Shown here: positions 62,108 to 64,000 of the stretch, piece after piece | Layout of the letters: each line of letters begins with the position of its first letter | How positions within the stretch are numbered: position 1 is the first letter of the stretch | Source of the DNA: an uncultured delta proteobacterium | GTDB taxonomy: Bacteria; Desulfobacterota; RBG-13-43-22 | Assembly: GCA_963711835.1 (NCBI GenBank) | Contig: CAVQFQ010000016.1 | Coordinates: 64,001-128,000, forward strand | Direction: 5' to 3' | Length of the DNA stretch: 64,000 nucleotides | Notes under the pieces: generated by a model | The model's input: only the letters and a program-made list of their open reading frames with translations | Told to the model about the DNA's origin: nothing | The model's database searches: none | Translations under genes and position numbers: made by a program

Positions 62108-62292
62108 GGAAAATCCTTGGACGGAAGACCCCAATCCCCTGTCCATAGGTAGTTTGACTAATTACGAGTCCATACTACCAGAAAGGTTTTCAAAATTTAA
62201 TTCCCTAATTTATTTTTTTGAGGTAATATCAACGCCATCCGGGACTATGGTAATAGAGTCCATCCAACAATTAAAGATTTAAATAAATAGCA

Positions 62293-62393
62293 GTCAGTGA
62301 TCAGCCAAGAGGTTGTCTTTTAAAGGGCTTTCCTGAACGCTGAAGGCTGACAGCTGAACGCGCTCATCCGATAACGGTTTTCTCCGGATGAGC
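62293..62393. repeat. GCTGA heptamer repeats plus CATCCG..CGGATG hairpin (MITE remnant)
   Basis: ctgaacg ctgaagg ctgacag ctgaacg; gctcatccg...ccggatgagc. Confidence 0.5.
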
Positions 62394-62416
62394 CCCACTT
62401 AGAAAAGGTCACCTCT

Positions 62417-64000
62417 ATGTTTCTGCGCCTTGCCTTAGCCCAAATCAATGCCACAGTCGGGGATCTGGAAGGAAACCGGGAAAAGATAATCGGGTATCTG
62501 AAAAAGGCCCGGAAGACCGGAGCCGACCTGGTCGTCTTCCCGGAGTTGGCAGTCACCGGCTACCCGCCCGAGGACCTGTTGCTTAAACCTGATTTCGTTG
62601 AGGCGGCCAAAATAACTTTGGCTGAAATAGCCCCCGCGACCAAAGGTTTAGTGGCCGTTGTCGGCGGCCTTTGGGTCGAAGCGGATCTCACCAACAGCGC
62701 TGCGGTCTTTGCCGATGGACAATTGAGGGCCGTCTATCACAAACAGTTTTTGCCCAACTACGGGGTGTTTGATGAAAACCGCTATTTCCAGGTCGGTCAA
62801 AAAAATCCGATCTTCCGATATCGGTCCGCCCTTTTCGGGGTCAGCGTCTGCGAGGATATCTGGTACCCCGACGGCCCGCCTCACTTTCAGGCCTTTCATG
62901 GAGGGGCCCAGCTTTTAATCAATATCTCGGCTTCCCCTTATTATCTGGGCAAGGGCCGGGATCGGGAACGCATGTTAGCCACCCGGGCGGCGGATAATCG
63001 CAGTTATCTGGCCTACTGTAATCTGGTCGGGGGTCAGGATGAACTGATCTTTGACGGCCGGAGCATGGTCTTTGATCCCCAGGGCAATCTAACGGCCCGG
63101 GCCGGACAATTCGTCGAGGATCTCCTGATAGCCGACCTGGATTTAAAGGAGGTCTTCCGCTGGCGTCTTTTTGATCCCCGCCGAAGGAAACAGATCCAGA
63201 CCGAAGACCGAACGGTCCAGGTCATTGAGCTGCCGGAGAAGAAACGGGTCAAAGCGCTAAAACCGGTTATCCCGAGGAAAGAATCGGCCTTGTCTCCTGA
63301 GGCGGAGGTCTATCAGGCCCTGATTCTCGGCACCAGGGACTACGTCCGGAAAAACGGTTTTGAAAAGGTTGTGCTGGGGCTTTCCGGCGGGGTAGACAGT
63401 TCCCTGACCGCCGTCATAGCCGCCGAGGCCTTGGGGCCCGGCCGGGTTTATGGGGTGGCCATGCCGACCCGTTATTCCTCGGCCCACAGCCTGGAGGATG
63501 CCGAACAACTGGCCGGGAATCTGGGGATCCATTTCCGGACCATTCCCATTGAACCGGTCTTCCAATCATACCTGGAAGTACTCAAACCCCATTTCAAAAA
63601 CATTCCGGAGGACCTGACCGAAGAAAATCTTCAGCCCAGGATCCGGGGCACTCTCTTAATGGCCCTGTCCAATAAATTCGGCTGGCTGGTCCTGACCACC
63701 GGGAATAAAAGTGAAACCGGAGTGGGCTATTCCACCCTCTATGGGGACACGGCCGGAGGTTTTGCCGTGCTCAAGGATGTCCCCAAGACCATGGTCTATG
63801 CCGTCTGCCGCTATCGAAATCAGCTTGAGGGCCGGGGGCTCATCCCGGCCCGGGTCCTGGAAAAACCGCCTTCCGCGGAATTGCGTCCCGATCAGAAGGA
63901 TACCGATACCCTTCCGGCCTATGAGCTCTTGGATCCTATTTTAAGCGCCTATGTGGAGGAAAGTTGTTCCGTTAGTGAGATCAGTCACCGGGGCTATGAT
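62417..64000 (+). CDS. nadE: Glutamine-dependent NAD+ synthetase (partial, runs off window end)
   Basis: Manual translation: MFLRLALAQINATVGDLEGN...FPELAVTGYPPEDLL...LPNYGVFDENRYF...CEDIW...GLSGGVDS...TTGNKSE...PPSAELRPDQKD. Confidence 0.95.
   Translation, partial: MFLRLALAQINATVGDLEGNREKIIGYLKKARKTGADLVVFPELAVTGYPPEDLLLKPDFVEAAKITLAEIAPATKGLVAVVGGLWVEADLTNSAAVFADGQLRAVYHKQFLPNYGVFDENRYFQVGQKNPIFRYRSALFGVSVCEDIWYPDGPPHFQAFHGGAQLLINISASPYYLGKGRDRERMLATRAADNRSYLAYCNLVGGQDELIFDGRSMVFDPQGNLTARAGQFVEDLLIADLDLKEVFRWRLFDPRRRKQIQTEDRTVQVIELPEKKRVKALKPVIPRKESALSPEAEVYQALILGTRDYVRKNGFEKVVLGLSGGVDSSLTAVIAAEALGPGRVYGVAMPTRYSSAHSLEDAEQLAGNLGIHFRTIPIEPVFQSYLEVLKPHFKNIPEDLTEENLQPRIRGTLLMALSNKFGWLVLTTGNKSETGVGYSTLYGDTAGGFAVLKDVPKTMVYAVCRYRNQLEGRGLIPARVLEKPPSAELRPDQKDTDTLPAYELLDPILSAYVEESCSVSEISHRGYD

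Overview
Bacterial chromosome segment whose gene content suggests an anaerobic Desulfobacterota (deltaproteobacterial) genome, probably a MAG; this taxonomy is an inference. It holds about 60 mostly housekeeping, envelope and transport genes (eno, mutY, dinB, fabG, dnaJ, fabH, ychF, ilvD, nadE, three ABC systems, a glycan-modification cluster). No rRNA, tRNA, CRISPR array or transposase was seen. Highlights: (1) a four-gene RiPP-like cassette (30718-33729). It pairs a Tat-signal protein carrying a WxxP leader motif and a folded cargo domain with a nucleotidyltransferase, a PqqD/RRE and an HPrK-like kinase. It has no cyclase or peptidase and splits an ABC operon. (2) A sigma54-driven sulfur-relay operon with an unannotated 32-aa peptide ending EGC, a TusA-like protein and a heme-c/triple-rhodanese protein with an in-frame UGA and a SECIS-like hairpin (probable selenoprotein). 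(3) Two copies of a MITE with 8-bp target duplications whose inner core is inverted relative to its ends between the copies. (4) An ANTAR dual-hairpin antiterminator ahead of a glutamate synthase-like gene. (5) Four +1 homopolymer frameshifts that look like sequencing error.
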